The translations under genes were made by a program, and so were the position numbers. Positions 13,183 through 22,146 of a DNA stretch of 64,000 bases are shown here, in pieces; position 1 is the first letter of the stretch; each line of letters starts with the position of its first letter. Origin of the DNA: an uncultured Gemmatimonadaceae bacterium (GTDB lineage Bacteria > Gemmatimonadota > Gemmatimonadetes > Longimicrobiales > RSA9); assembly GCA_964416095.1 (NCBI GenBank), contig CAYQCY010000002.1, positions 24,671 through 88,670 on the forward strand, read 5' to 3'. The notes below the pieces were generated by a model. That model was not told the origin of the DNA, ran no database searches, and worked only from the letters and a program-made list of their open reading frames with translations.

Positions 13183-14619
13183 TCAGACTCGCGGCTCGGG
13201 AGGGGGTTCGGTGGGCTCGTAGCGGTCGAGGACGGGCCGGACCCAGCGTTCCAGGAACGCATCCACCTGCTCGGGCGCCCGCCCGATGTGCCGGTCCGGC
13301 GCCAGGATCTGGCGGATCTCGTCCAGGCCCAGGGGGAAGGCGTCGTCGGCGGCGATGCGCTCCGGCAGGTCGTTCTCCCCACCTTCGGTCTTCAAGCGCT
13401 CGGACGCGGCGACGGAGTGCTGCCGGATGCGCTCGTGCAGGTCCTGGCGGTCGCCGCCCGCCCGGGTCGCGTGCATCAGGATGGACTCGGTGGCCAGGAA
13501 CGGCAGCTCCTGCTCGAGTCGGCGCCGGATGACGGCGGGCCGGACGACGAGCCCGGCGGCCACGTTGTGGTACAGAAGGAGCACGGCGTCCGCCGTGAGG
13601 TATGCCTCGGGTATGACGATCCGGCGGTTCGCCGAGTCGTCCAGGGTACGCTCGAGCCACTGGGTCGCCGCGGTGAACCCGGCGTCCACGGTCAGGGCCA
13701 GCGCGTGCCGGGCCAGGGCGGTCATCCGCTCGGCCCGCATGGGGTTCCGCTTGTACGGCATGCTCGAGGAACCGATCTGCTCCTCCTCGAACGGCTCCTC
13801 AAGCTCCCGCAGGTGCTGGAGCAGACGGACATCGTGGGCGAACTTGGAGGCCGACGCCGCGATCCCGCCCAGGGCCGCGAGCATGGCGTAGTCCAGCTTG
13901 CGGGGGTACGTCTGCCCCGACACGCCGTACAGCCGGTCGAAGCCCATACGCTCGGCCACCCTGCGGTTCAGCTCCCCGACCTTGTCGTGGTCGCCGTCGA
14001 AGAGCTGGAGGAAGGAGGCCTCGGTGCCGGTGGCGCCGCGAACGCCCCGGAACCGCAACGCGGCGAGTCGATGCTCCACGTCTTCCAGGTCCAGGAGCAG
14101 GTCCTGCAGCCACAACGTGGCGCGCTTGCCCACGGTCGTGGGCTGGGCGGGCTGGAAATGGGTGAAGCCCAGCGTCGGCAACGCCCGGTGCTCCTCGGCG
14201 AAGCGTGCCAGCGCCGCGATGCACGCCAGGAGACGGTCCCGGACCAGCTCCATGGCGTCCCGGTGCTGGATCAGCTCCGTGTTGTCCGTGACGTACGCGC
14301 TGGTGGCGCCGAAGTGGATGACGCCCCGGGCCTGCGGTGCCACCTGGCCGAAATGGTGGACGTGGGCCATCACATCGTGGCGCAGCTTGTGCTCCAGCTC
14401 CGCCACCCGCGCCAGATCGATGTCGTCCAGGTGCGCGCGCATGGCGGCCAGCGCCTCGTCGGCGATCTCCAGACCCAGCTCCTTCTGGGTCTCGGCCAGT
14501 GCGAGCCAGAGGCGGCGCCAGGTCCCGAACTTGAAGGCCGGCGAGAAGATCCGGCTCATGGCGTCCGATGCGTACCGTTCGATCAGGGGGTTTTGATACG
14601 ACGTCGGGGCTTCACTCAT
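13183..14619 (-). CDS. purB: adenylosuccinate lyase
   Basis: 478 aa with the lyase signature [15 protein letters not shown]. Confidence 0.95.
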   Translation of the reverse strand: MSEAPTSYQNPLIERYASDAMSRIFSPAFKFGTWRRLWLALAETQKELGLEIADEALAAMRAHLDDIDLARVAELEHKLRHDVMAHVHHFGQVAPQARGVIHFGATSAYVTDNTELIQHRDAMELVRDRLLACIAALARFAEEHRALPTLGFTHFQPAQPTTVGKRATLWLQDLLLDLEDVEHRLAALRFRGVRGATGTEASFLQLFDGDHDKVGELNRRVAERMGFDRLYGVSGQTYPRKLDYAMLAALGGIAASASKFAHDVRLLQHLRELEEPFEEEQIGSSSMPYKRNPMRAERMTALARHALALTVDAGFTAATQWLERTLDDSANRRIVIPEAYLTADAVLLLYHNVAAGLVVRPAVIRRRLEQELPFLATESILMHATRAGGDRQDLHERIRQHSVAASERLKTEGGENDLPERIAADDAFPLGLDEIRQILAPDRHIGRAPEQVDAFLERWVRPVLDRYEPTEPPPEPRV

Positions 14620-14658
14620 CGCGTCCGCTTCCTGTCGCTGGGTCCGCCATGTCGCCCC

Positions 14659-16131
14659 TCACCGGATGTAGAAGGATACGCTGCCCACGCGCCGGTTGCG
14701 CTCGTAGTACAGGACCACCGTGCCGCGTCCCGACAGTCGGCCGAGAAGCTCGGCCGCTTCCTCCGCCGAACGGGTGCGCTGCCGATTGATTTGTAGGATC
14801 ACATCCCCTTCCCGCAACCCCAGGTCGCGGGCCGCGCCCGAGAGGGAGACGATGAGGGCGCCGCTCTCCGCCGCCACGCCGCGCTCCGCCCGGATCGCCG
14901 GCGTCAGGGTCACCAGCTCGAAGTCCTCCAGCGCCTGGATCCGCTCCGCCGTCAGGGACGGCAGGTCCTCCGGTACAAGCCGTACAGTGCCCCGGTCCGT
15001 GCGCACCACGAGGGGCTCTCCCGGCCGTGCCTGCAGGACGGCGGCCTCCCAGTCCAGCGGCGTCCGTACCGGCTCGCCGTCCACGGAGCGGATGATGGAT
15101 CCGGCGCGCAGACCCGCCTCCGAGCCCGGTGAGGGCTTCGCCACCCGCGCCACCTGGATGCTCCTGCTGCGGCCGAACCGGTTCGCCTCCGCAGGCTCCA
15201 CCTCCACACCGAGCCAGGCCCGCCGGACCATGCCGTCCCGGGCCAGGTCCGCGGCGACCCGGCGCGCCCGGTCGATGGGGATGGCGAACCCCAGCCCCTC
15301 GCTCCCCCCGGTCCGGGACAGGATCGAGGAGTTCACGCCCACCACCTCGCCGCGGGCGTTCACCAGGGGGCCGCCCGAGTTGCCGGGGTTGATGGACGCG
15401 TCCGTCTGGATCATGTCCAGGTAGTAGCCCGACTCATCCTGACCGCTGGGGATGATGTTGCGGCCCAGGGCGCTCACCACGCCGGCCGTGACCGTGGGCT
15501 CCGGGTTGGAGAGGAGGTACCCCAACGGATTGCCGATGGCCACTACCCACTCGCCGATCATCAGATCGCTGGACGTGCCGAGATCCACCGTGGGCAGGGG
15601 TTCGGGTCCGGGCTCGCCGATGCGCAGCACGGCCAGGTCGTTGACGTCGTCCGTGCCCACCAGTTCGGCGGCGAAATCGCGACCGTCGGCCAGCGTGACC
15701 ACGATCTCCTGGGCGCCGCGCACCACGTGCTCGTTCGTGAGGATGAGCCCGCTGGCATCGTAGATGAAGCCCGAGCCCAACCCCTGCACCACGCGCTCGT
15801 AGCCGCGAGGCACGAAGAAGCTCTCCCACAGGGACCGGGGCTGGACCGTCTGGCGACGGGTCACGTTGACGCTTACGACCGCCGGCGCCGCCCGCTCCGC
15901 CGCCCTGACGATGGCCGTGCGGCGGGAGGCGTCCAGCACCGTCTGCACCGTGTCCGGCCGCGGGAGAGCGGCCGGTGAGGCCGTGTCCCCCCCGGTCCGC
16001 TCCACCGGGGCAGAGGACGGGGGCGGCGCGGCGTAGGCCGTTCCCTCCGGGCCCGGCGCCTCGTCGCAGGCCGAGCAGGCCAGCATGGCCGCGAGGCCGA
16101 GAACGAGCCAGGGACGGGTCATGGCCCCCAT
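14659..16131 (-). CDS. htrA: HtrA/DegP-family periplasmic serine protease with PDZ domains
   Basis: Catalytic triad context TNEHVV / DLAVL / GNSGGPLVN, with C-terminal PDZ-like regions. Signal peptide MGAMTRPWLVLGLAAMLACSAC. Start at 16131 or 16122. Confidence 0.9.
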   Translation of the reverse strand: MGAMTRPWLVLGLAAMLACSACDEAPGPEGTAYAAPPPSSAPVERTGGDTASPAALPRPDTVQTVLDASRRTAIVRAAERAAPAVVSVNVTRRQTVQPRSLWESFFVPRGYERVVQGLGSGFIYDASGLILTNEHVVRGAQEIVVTLADGRDFAAELVGTDDVNDLAVLRIGEPGPEPLPTVDLGTSSDLMIGEWVVAIGNPLGYLLSNPEPTVTAGVVSALGRNIIPSGQDESGYYLDMIQTDASINPGNSGGPLVNARGEVVGVNSSILSRTGGSEGLGFAIPIDRARRVAADLARDGMVRRAWLGVEVEPAEANRFGRSRSIQVARVAKPSPGSEAGLRAGSIIRSVDGEPVRTPLDWEAAVLQARPGEPLVVRTDRGTVRLVPEDLPSLTAERIQALEDFELVTLTPAIRAERGVAAESGALIVSLSGAARDLGLREGDVILQINRQRTRSAEEAAELLGRLSGRGTVVLYYERNRRVGSVSFYIR

Positions 16132-16165
16132 CTCGTGCCTGCAGCCTCCCCGCGGCCCGTCACGT

Positions 16166-16945
16166 TCATGCTTCCAGCTCCTTTCCGCTCCCGGCGTAGC
16201 GCACGTGATCCAGGAACAGGCCCTCCGGCGGCGCCGGCGGCGACGTGGTGAGCCCGTTCGTCTCCGACAGCAGGGCGGCCAGCTCGGACAGGGGTCTGCC
16301 GCCCCGCGCCACGTCCACCATCGTGCCCACCAGGTACCGGACCATGTGGTGCAGGAAGCGGTTCGCCGTGATGCGAAACGTGTACCCGACGTCGTCCCAC
16401 GGACGCCACACGGCCTCGTGCACCACACATCGGTGGCCCCGTTCCTCCTGGCCGGACTTGGCGAACGCGCGGAAGGAGTGCGTTCCCACGAACAGCGCCG
16501 CCGCCTCCATCAGGACATCTCCGTCCAGCGCGTCCCGGACGGGCCAGCACCAGCGCCGCCGGAAGGGCGACCAGGCGATGTCCGCGGTGCCGACGCGATA
16601 GACGTAGGAACGAGCCACCGCGTCCCGCAGGGCATGGAACGAGCCCGATACCTCCTCGGCCGCCGCCACCCAGATGTCGGGCGGGAGGATCGCGTTCAGG
16701 GAGCGTCGGGCGTCCGTTGCCGTCCATCTGTCGGGCATGGCTGCCGAGACCACCTGGCCCGTGGCATGCACGCCGCGGTCGGTGCGCCCCGCCGCGATGG
16801 TTCCCACCGGACGGTCGGCCAGGCGTGAAAGGGCGGCTTCCAACTCGGACTGTACCGTCCGGACGCCGGGCTGGACCTGCCAGCCGTGGAACCCGCTGCC
16901 GTCGTAATGGAGCGTGAACTTGATCCGCCGTTCGGACGCCGTCAC
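16166..16945 (-). CDS. truA: tRNA pseudouridine(38-40) synthase
   Basis: KFTLHYDGSGFHGWQVQP and GRTDRGVHATGQV. GTG 16945 chosen (259 aa). The track ORF runs on upstream as an artefact. Confidence 0.85.
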   Translation of the reverse strand: MTASERRIKFTLHYDGSGFHGWQVQPGVRTVQSELEAALSRLADRPVGTIAAGRTDRGVHATGQVVSAAMPDRWTATDARRSLNAILPPDIWVAAAEEVSGSFHALRDAVARSYVYRVGTADIAWSPFRRRWCWPVRDALDGDVLMEAAALFVGTHSFRAFAKSGQEERGHRCVVHEAVWRPWDDVGYTFRITANRFLHHMVRYLVGTMVDVARGGRPLSELAALLSETNGLTTSPPAPPEGLFLDHVRYAGSGKELEA

Positions 16946-16953
16946 GGAGCCGA

Positions 16954-16981
16954 AAGCTACGCTCGGGCATGCGGGTGTCAA
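16954..16981 (-). promoter_or_regulatory. sigma70-like promoter of truA (TTGACA-N16-TAGCTT), probably leaderless
   Basis: Minus strand: TTGACA (16981-16976), 16-nt spacer, TAGCTT (16959-16954). The -10 element ends 8 nt before GTG 16945. Confidence 0.4.
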
Positions 16982-17446
16982 GCGAGTCCCGGCGGACGAA
17001 CAGGCGCCTCTCGCCTGGCCATCCGGCCGCATCGCCGCCCGCGGCGCCAGGACTTTCCCCAAAATGGCTGGGGCTTCTCCGTATCCCGTTGTGGTGCAAG
17101 AGATGGCGTCGATCGGAAAGTGGGAATTCAACGCGGACGCGCTGAATCGTTGCGCAAAGACGCAGGACGCTCGCGGCCTGCCGTTGCGTACCCGCCGCAG
17201 CCCGACCTTCGAGGCCTCTCGTCGGACGGCGACCTGACGCGCAACCCTTCGCGACCGCGGCTTCCGCGCAGCCGCCTCCATCCGCGTCCCCGCGTTGTCC
17301 CGACCGCGAAGGTGGCCCTGCCGCGGGGCCTGGCGATCGACCGGGTCCTCGCCGCGCTGCGAGCGGGAGCCCGACGGCGGCCTGATGTACCCGCCCGCAT
17401 CAGCGGGGAACCGGAAAAATGGGGAAAGTCCGCCCGTGGCCGCACG

Positions 17447-17476
17447 TTGACACTTGCCGACCGGGGCCGGTAGCTT
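17447..17476 (+). promoter_or_regulatory. sigma70-like promoter of trpD (TTGACA-N18-TAGCTT)
   Basis: TTGACA 17447-17452 and TAGCTT 17471-17476, about 28 nt upstream of ATG 17505. Confidence 0.4.
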
Positions 17477-17504
17477 TCGCCGCTCGATCCCGGACCGATG
17501 CGCC

Positions 17505-18581
17505 ATGTCTGAAGCCCACGAAACCGACGCGCCCACCCTCAAGGCGCTCATCGCGACCATCGCGGCCGGTGCCGACCTGAGCGTCCAGGACGCCGAGGCG
17601 GCGTTCGACGACGTCATGCAAGGCCGCGCTACGCCGGTCCAGATGGCAGGGCTGCTCGTGGGCCTCCGGGCCAAGGGCGAAGCCGCGGATGAAGTCGCCG
17701 GCGGCGTCCGCGCACTCCGCAGCGCCATGATCGCCGTGGAGGTCGACCCGGGCGGTGCCCCCGTGGTCGACACCTGCGGCACCGGCGGCGGTAGCCTCAC
17801 CACCTTCAACATCTCCACCGCCGCGGCGCTCCTGGCCGCCGGCGCCGGCGCCCGCATCGCCAAGCACGGGAACCGGTCCTTCACCTCGCGCTGCGGCAGC
17901 GCCGATGTTCTCGAAGAGCTCGGCGTGGTCATCGAGCTGCCGCCCGATGGCATGGCGGAGGTGCTCCGCGAGGCGGGCATCGTCTTCATGTTCGCCCCGC
18001 TCCTGCACCCCGCCATGCGCCACGTCGCGCCGGTGAGGAGAGAGCTCGGCATGCCCACCATCATGAACGTACTCGGGCCCCTCACCAATCCGGCCGGCGC
18101 CCGGCGGCAGGTCGTGGGCGTGGCCGACCCCGTGCTCCTCGAGCTCGTGGCTCGCGCCCTCCGTACTCTCGGTCACGAGCACGCGCTGGTCGTCCACGGC
18201 GAGCCCGGCATGGACGAGCTGAGCCCCCTGGGGCCCACCGAGATCATCGAGGTGGCCAACGGCGAGCTCCGCCATCAGCGCCTGGACCCGGGAGAGACCT
18301 TCGGGTGGGACGAGTTCCATGCCGAAGGCCTGGCGGGGCAGGAACGACGGCACAACGCCCGGGTCATCCACGACGTGCTGGCTGGCACGCTCCTGGGTGT
18401 CGCCCGGGCCGCCGTCACGCTCAACGCCGGGGCCGCCCTCTACGTTGCGGGAGAGGTCACCAGCCTGGAAGCGGGGGTGGCACGGGCGGAGGAGGCGGTG
18501 GACGCCGGCGTCGGCCTGGAGGCGCTGGACCGGCTCCGCACGGCGTCCCAAAAGGCCGCCAGCCGGGTGAGGGGACGCTAA
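17505..18581 (+). CDS. trpD: anthranilate phosphoribosyltransferase
   Basis: MSEAHETDAPTLKALI..., VVDTCGTGGGSL, KHGNRSFTSRCGSADVLE. Confidence 0.93.
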   Translation: MSEAHETDAPTLKALIATIAAGADLSVQDAEAAFDDVMQGRATPVQMAGLLVGLRAKGEAADEVAGGVRALRSAMIAVEVDPGGAPVVDTCGTGGGSLTTFNISTAAALLAAGAGARIAKHGNRSFTSRCGSADVLEELGVVIELPPDGMAEVLREAGIVFMFAPLLHPAMRHVAPVRRELGMPTIMNVLGPLTNPAGARRQVVGVADPVLLELVARALRTLGHEHALVVHGEPGMDELSPLGPTEIIEVANGELRHQRLDPGETFGWDEFHAEGLAGQERRHNARVIHDVLAGTLLGVARAAVTLNAGAALYVAGEVTSLEAGVARAEEAVDAGVGLEALDRLRTASQKAASRVRGR

Positions 18582-18727
18582 CGTTCCGACGGGGCGGACT
18601 CTGGCCTGCCCGTCACCACGCCGCGGAGCGTGAAGGGGCCACGAATCGGCGCCGGCGCCTCCCGCAGCACGACGACACGCGTACCGCGCTCCGTCTTCGT
18701 CCCCACCAGAAACGGTTTCGCCTTCAT
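18578..18727 (-). CDS. hypothetical 49-aa protein translationally coupled to lexA (below ORF-track cutoff)
   Basis: Hand translation: MKAKPFLVGTKTERGTRVVVLREAPAPIRGPFTLRGVVTGRPESAPSER*. Its ATG overlaps the lexA stop (ATGA at 18724-18727). About 80% G/C at third positions. It fills the trpD/lexA convergent gap. Confidence 0.3.
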   Translation of the reverse strand: MKAKPFLVGTKTERGTRVVVLREAPAPIRGPFTLRGVVTGRPESAPSER

Positions 18728-19335
18728 CCATACCTCCGCAGCACGCCCACCACGATGCCCTGGACCAGGACCCGGTCGGCCGAATAGTACATGGGCTCCA
18801 TGGCCGGGTTCGCCGGCTGCAACCGGATGCGACCGTCCGGCTCCCGGTACAGCTTCTTTACGGTGGCGGACTCGCCGTCCACCAGCGCCACGACCATCTC
18901 GCCGTTCTCCGCCGACGGACGGGCGTTCACCACGATGTAGTCGCCGTCCCGGATCTGCTCGTCGATCATGGAATCGCCGCTGACCCGCAGCACGTAATGG
19001 CTTCCGCGCCGCCGCAGGAAGTCGTCCGGCACCGCCACCATCTCGTCATCCCGGATCGCCTCGATGGGCATCCCCGCCGCAACCGCGCCCATGAGCGGCA
19101 GCTCCACCGCCGAGACGCGGGACCCCGTCGGGATCAGTTCCAGCGACCGGCTCTCGTTGTAGCTCTTTCGGATGAACCCCTTTTGCCGCAGATTCTCGAG
19201 GTGTTCGTGTACCGTGGCAAGCGAGGAATAGCCGAAGTGCCGCGCGATCTCCTCGAAGCTCGGCGAATAGCCGTTCTCCTCCACGAACTCCCGGACGAAG
19301 TCCAGTATCTGTTTCTGCCGTTTCGTCAGCGGCAT
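18724..19335 (-). CDS. lexA: LexA repressor
   Basis: MPLTKRQKQILDFVREFVEENGYSPSFEEIARHFG wHTH. Ala-Gly cleavage site (AVAAGMPI), catalytic Ser (VSGDSMID) and Lys (ATVKKL). ATG 19335 preceded by GGAGGG. Confidence 0.93.
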   Translation of the reverse strand: MPLTKRQKQILDFVREFVEENGYSPSFEEIARHFGYSSLATVHEHLENLRQKGFIRKSYNESRSLELIPTGSRVSAVELPLMGAVAAGMPIEAIRDDEMVAVPDDFLRRRGSHYVLRVSGDSMIDEQIRDGDYIVVNARPSAENGEMVVALVDGESATVKKLYREPDGRIRLQPANPAMEPMYYSADRVLVQGIVVGVLRRYG

Positions 19336-19358
19336 GGTTGCCCTCCAGGTCTGCAAGG

Positions 19359-19384
19359 CGGTGCCGAACAGGCACCGAACGAAC
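19359..19384. promoter_or_regulatory. candidate LexA operator (SOS box)
   Basis: Plus strand has GAAC-N7-GAAC-GAAC (19366-19384), which reads GTTC-N7-GTTC on the lexA strand. It overlaps a perfect palindrome CGGTGCC-N5-GGCACCG (19359-19377). The site lies between the lexA -10 element and RBS. Confidence 0.45.
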
Positions 19385-19410
19385 ATACCCGAATGGAAAC
19401 CGAAACGCAA
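19382..19410 (-). promoter_or_regulatory. sigma70-like promoter of lexA (TTGCGT-N17-TATGTT)
   Basis: Minus strand: TTGCGT (19410-19405), 17-nt spacer, TATGTT (19387-19382). The operator candidate is immediately downstream. Confidence 0.4.
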
Positions 19411-19412
19411 GG

Positions 19413-20207
19413 ATGAACGTGCTGGACGGCATCATGGCGCGGAAGCGGGTGGAGGCGGCGTCGCTGGCGCGGTGGGAGTCTGCGTTGCGCGACCAGGCGG
19501 CGGAGGCACCGGGTCCGCGGTCGCTGGTGGGGGCGTTGCGGCGGGACGGCGAGGTGTCGGTGCTGGCGGAGGTGAAGCGAAAGTCGCCGTCGGCGGGGTG
19601 GATCCGGGAGGGTGCGGATGCGGCGGGGACGGCGGCGGTCTACGAGGCCGGGGGTGCGGCGGGGGTGAGCGTGCTGACGGACGAGGAGGGGTTCGGCGGC
19701 ACGCTGGACGATCTGCGGGCGGTGCGCGGCGCGGTGTCGGTGCCCGTGCTGCGGAAGGACTTCATCGTGGCGCCGGCCCAGGTCTGGGAGGCGCGGTCCG
19801 CGGGCGCGGATGCGGTGCTGCTCATCGTGGCGGTGCTGGATGCGGAGAAGCTGGAGGAGCTGCTGGCGGCGGTGAGAGACGCGGGCATGGAGGCGCTGGT
19901 GGAGGTGCACGCGGCGGATGAGCTGGAGCGGGCGCTGGCAGCGGGAGCGTCGCTCATCGGCGTGAACAACCGCGACCTGAGCACGTTCGAGGTGGATCTC
20001 ACGGTGGCGGAGCGGCTGGCGGCGGAGGTGCCGGACGAGGTCGTGCTGGTGGGGGAGAGCGGGATCCAGGGGCCGGAGGATGTGGAACGGCTCGGTGCGG
20101 CCGGGGTGGATGCGGTACTGGTGGGCGAGTCGCTGATGCGGGCCGCGGACGCGCTGACGGCGACGGAGGCGTTGACGGGCCGACGCAAGGCGCGTCGTCG
20201 ACCGTGA
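19413..20207 (+). CDS. trpC: indole-3-glycerol phosphate synthase
   Basis: MNVLDGIMARKR..., VLAEVKRKSPSAG, GVNNRDL. ATG 19413 preceded by AAGGA. Confidence 0.93.
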   Translation: MNVLDGIMARKRVEAASLARWESALRDQAAEAPGPRSLVGALRRDGEVSVLAEVKRKSPSAGWIREGADAAGTAAVYEAGGAAGVSVLTDEEGFGGTLDDLRAVRGAVSVPVLRKDFIVAPAQVWEARSAGADAVLLIVAVLDAEKLEELLAAVRDAGMEALVEVHAADELERALAAGASLIGVNNRDLSTFEVDLTVAERLAAEVPDEVVLVGESGIQGPEDVERLGAAGVDAVLVGESLMRAADALTATEALTGRRKARRRP

Positions 20208-20926
20208 TGCGGAAGGCCGCCGGCTTCGTCCGCGGCCGTGATCTGCACGGACAGGACGAGAGAGAAGGAGTGGCGAAGGTCAAGATCTGCGGGCTCTGTC
20301 GACCGGAGGACGCGGCCCACGCGGTGGCGGCGGGCGCCACCCACGTGGGTGTCGTTCTGGTGCCGGGTAGCCGTCGGGGGCAGGAGGTGGAGCGGGCCGC
20401 CGAGATCTACGCGGCGGCGACGGGCGCCGTTCGCGTGGGCGTCTTCGCGGATGAGGACCCGGACCGACTCGTCGAGCTGGGTGAGGTGCTGGGCCTGGAC
20501 GTGCTCCAGCTCCACGGCGACGAGAGCCCGGGCACCGCGCGCCGGGTCCGGGACGGGGGGCCGTGGGCGGTGTGGAAGGCCATCCGTCCGCGGAACCGGG
20601 CCGAATACGATGCCGGCGTGATCAGCTTCGCGGCAGCCGCCGACGGTGTCCTGGTGGACGGCTTCAGCGCGGGTGCGCGAGGCGGCACGGGAGCCCGGGC
20701 CCCGTGGTCGGAGCTGGCGGGCGCGGGCGAGGCCGTGCCGGAGGGTCTCATCCTCATCCTGGCGGGCGGGTTGACGCCGGCGAACGTGGCGGAGGCCGTG
20801 GCGCGGGTGCGCCCGGCGCTTGTGGACGTGAGCTCGGGGGTGGAGTCGGAGCTGTGCCGCAAGGATCCGGGTCGTGTGGAACGGTTCATCGTCGCCGCCC
20901 GCCAGGCGACGGACGCAGTGACGTGA
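20204..20926 (+). CDS. trpF: phosphoribosylanthranilate isomerase
   Basis: VKICGLCRPEDA..., ILAGGLTPANV, VDVSSGVE. Start is either GTG/ATG 20204-20209 overlapping the trpC stop, or GTG 20270. Confidence 0.85.
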   Translation: MMRKAAGFVRGRDLHGQDEREGVAKVKICGLCRPEDAAHAVAAGATHVGVVLVPGSRRGQEVERAAEIYAAATGAVRVGVFADEDPDRLVELGEVLGLDVLQLHGDESPGTARRVRDGGPWAVWKAIRPRNRAEYDAGVISFAAAADGVLVDGFSAGARGGTGARAPWSELAGAGEAVPEGLILILAGGLTPANVAEAVARVRPALVDVSSGVESELCRKDPGRVERFIVAARQATDAVT

Positions 20927-20951
20927 AGGGTTCGGGAGGAGTCTGTAGGAC

Positions 20952-22133
20952 ATGGAAGCGAAGACGGTGACGGGTCGGTTCGGGGACTACGGTGGCCGGT
21001 ATGTGCCGGAGACGCTCACGGGCGCTCTCGACGAGTTGACCTCCGCGTACGAGGCCGTCCGGTCCGATGCGGCGTTCTGGGATGAGCTGAACGGGCTGCT
21101 CCGGGACTACGTGGGCCGGCCCACGCCCCTGTATCGGGCACGGCGGCTCGGGGATGCGGCCGGGGTGGAGCGCCTGTATCTGAAGCGGGAGGACCTGAAC
21201 CACACCGGCGCCCACAAGATCAACAACACGCTGGGCCAGGTCCTGCTGGCCCGGCGCATGGACAAGCGCAGGATCATCGCGGAGACCGGGGCGGGCCAGC
21301 ACGGAGTGGCGACGGCCACGGTGTGCGCCCTCTTCGGGCTGGACTGCGTGGTCTACATGGGCGCGGAGGACGTGCGCCGGCAGGCGCTGAACGTCTACCG
21401 GATGGAGCTCCTGGGCGCGGAGGTGCGGACGGTGGAGTCGGGGACCCGCACGCTGAAGGACGCGACGAACGAGGCCATCCGCGACTGGGTGACGAATGTG
21501 CGGGACACGCACTACATTATCGGCTCGGTGGTGGGGCCCGACCCGTATCCCCGGCTGGTGCGGGATTTCCAGGCCGTCATCGGACGTGAGACCCGGGACC
21601 AGTTCCAGCGGATCGAGGGCCGGTCGCCGGCGGCGGTGGTGGCCTGTGTAGGTGGCGGCTCCAACGCCATGGGCATATTCCACGAGTTCGTGCCGGACGA
21701 GAGCGTGGAGCTGGTGGGCGTGGAAGCGGCCGGAGAGGGGCTGGACACGGGACGCCACGCCGCGTCCCTGGTGGCGGGGGTGCCGGGCGTGCTACACGGG
21801 TCCCTGAGCTACCTGCTCCAGGACGAGGCCGGGCAGGTGGCGCCGGCCCACTCCGTGTCCGCGGGGCTGGACTACCCGGGCGTGGGCCCGGAGCACGCGT
21901 ACTTGCGCGACACGGGGCGTGCCGAGTACGTCAGTGTGTCGGACGGGGAGGCGCTGGACGCCTTCCACCGGATGTCCGAGCTGGAGGGGATCATCCCGGC
22001 CCTCGAGAGCGCCCATGCGGTTGCCTGGGTGCTGAGCGAGGGGCGCCGCTGGCAGGATGACCCCGTCGTGATCTCGCTCAGCGGTCGCGGCGACAAGGAT
22101 GTCGCTGAAGTCGCCGCGCTGGGCCAGGACTGA
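20952..22133 (+). CDS. trpB: tryptophan synthase beta chain
   Basis: [16 protein letters not shown] (PLP lysine) and [19 protein letters not shown] upstream. Confidence 0.95.
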   Translation: MEAKTVTGRFGDYGGRYVPETLTGALDELTSAYEAVRSDAAFWDELNGLLRDYVGRPTPLYRARRLGDAAGVERLYLKREDLNHTGAHKINNTLGQVLLARRMDKRRIIAETGAGQHGVATATVCALFGLDCVVYMGAEDVRRQALNVYRMELLGAEVRTVESGTRTLKDATNEAIRDWVTNVRDTHYIIGSVVGPDPYPRLVRDFQAVIGRETRDQFQRIEGRSPAAVVACVGGGSNAMGIFHEFVPDESVELVGVEAAGEGLDTGRHAASLVAGVPGVLHGSLSYLLQDEAGQVAPAHSVSAGLDYPGVGPEHAYLRDTGRAEYVSVSDGEALDAFHRMSELEGIIPALESAHAVAWVLSEGRRWQDDPVVISLSGRGDKDVAEVAALGQD

Positions 22134-22146
22134 ACGAGCGAAGTCG

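Noticed and set aside
16914-17237. 107-aa ORF, and others at 16886-17473 (plus strand) and 17128-17445 (minus strand), in the truA-trpD spacer.
   Set aside because: The products are Arg-rich and low-complexity. Codon third positions are much less G/C-biased than in real genes here. The 5' part overlaps truA, and there is no RBS.
17420-17431. GGGGAAAGTCC, resembling the conserved GGAAAGTCC of RNase P RNA.
   Set aside because: Only about 75 nt remain before the trpD CDS on the plus strand. The inverted copy at 17050-17061 runs into the truA promoter. No other RNase P conserved regions were seen. It is retained only as part of the inverted-repeat observation.
16982-17504. Trp leader-peptide attenuator or T-box upstream of trpD.
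   Set aside because: No short ORF with tandem TGG codons and no T-box-like conserved sequence was found by eye. The alternative hairpins near 17384-17407 are too generic in GC-rich DNA to call.
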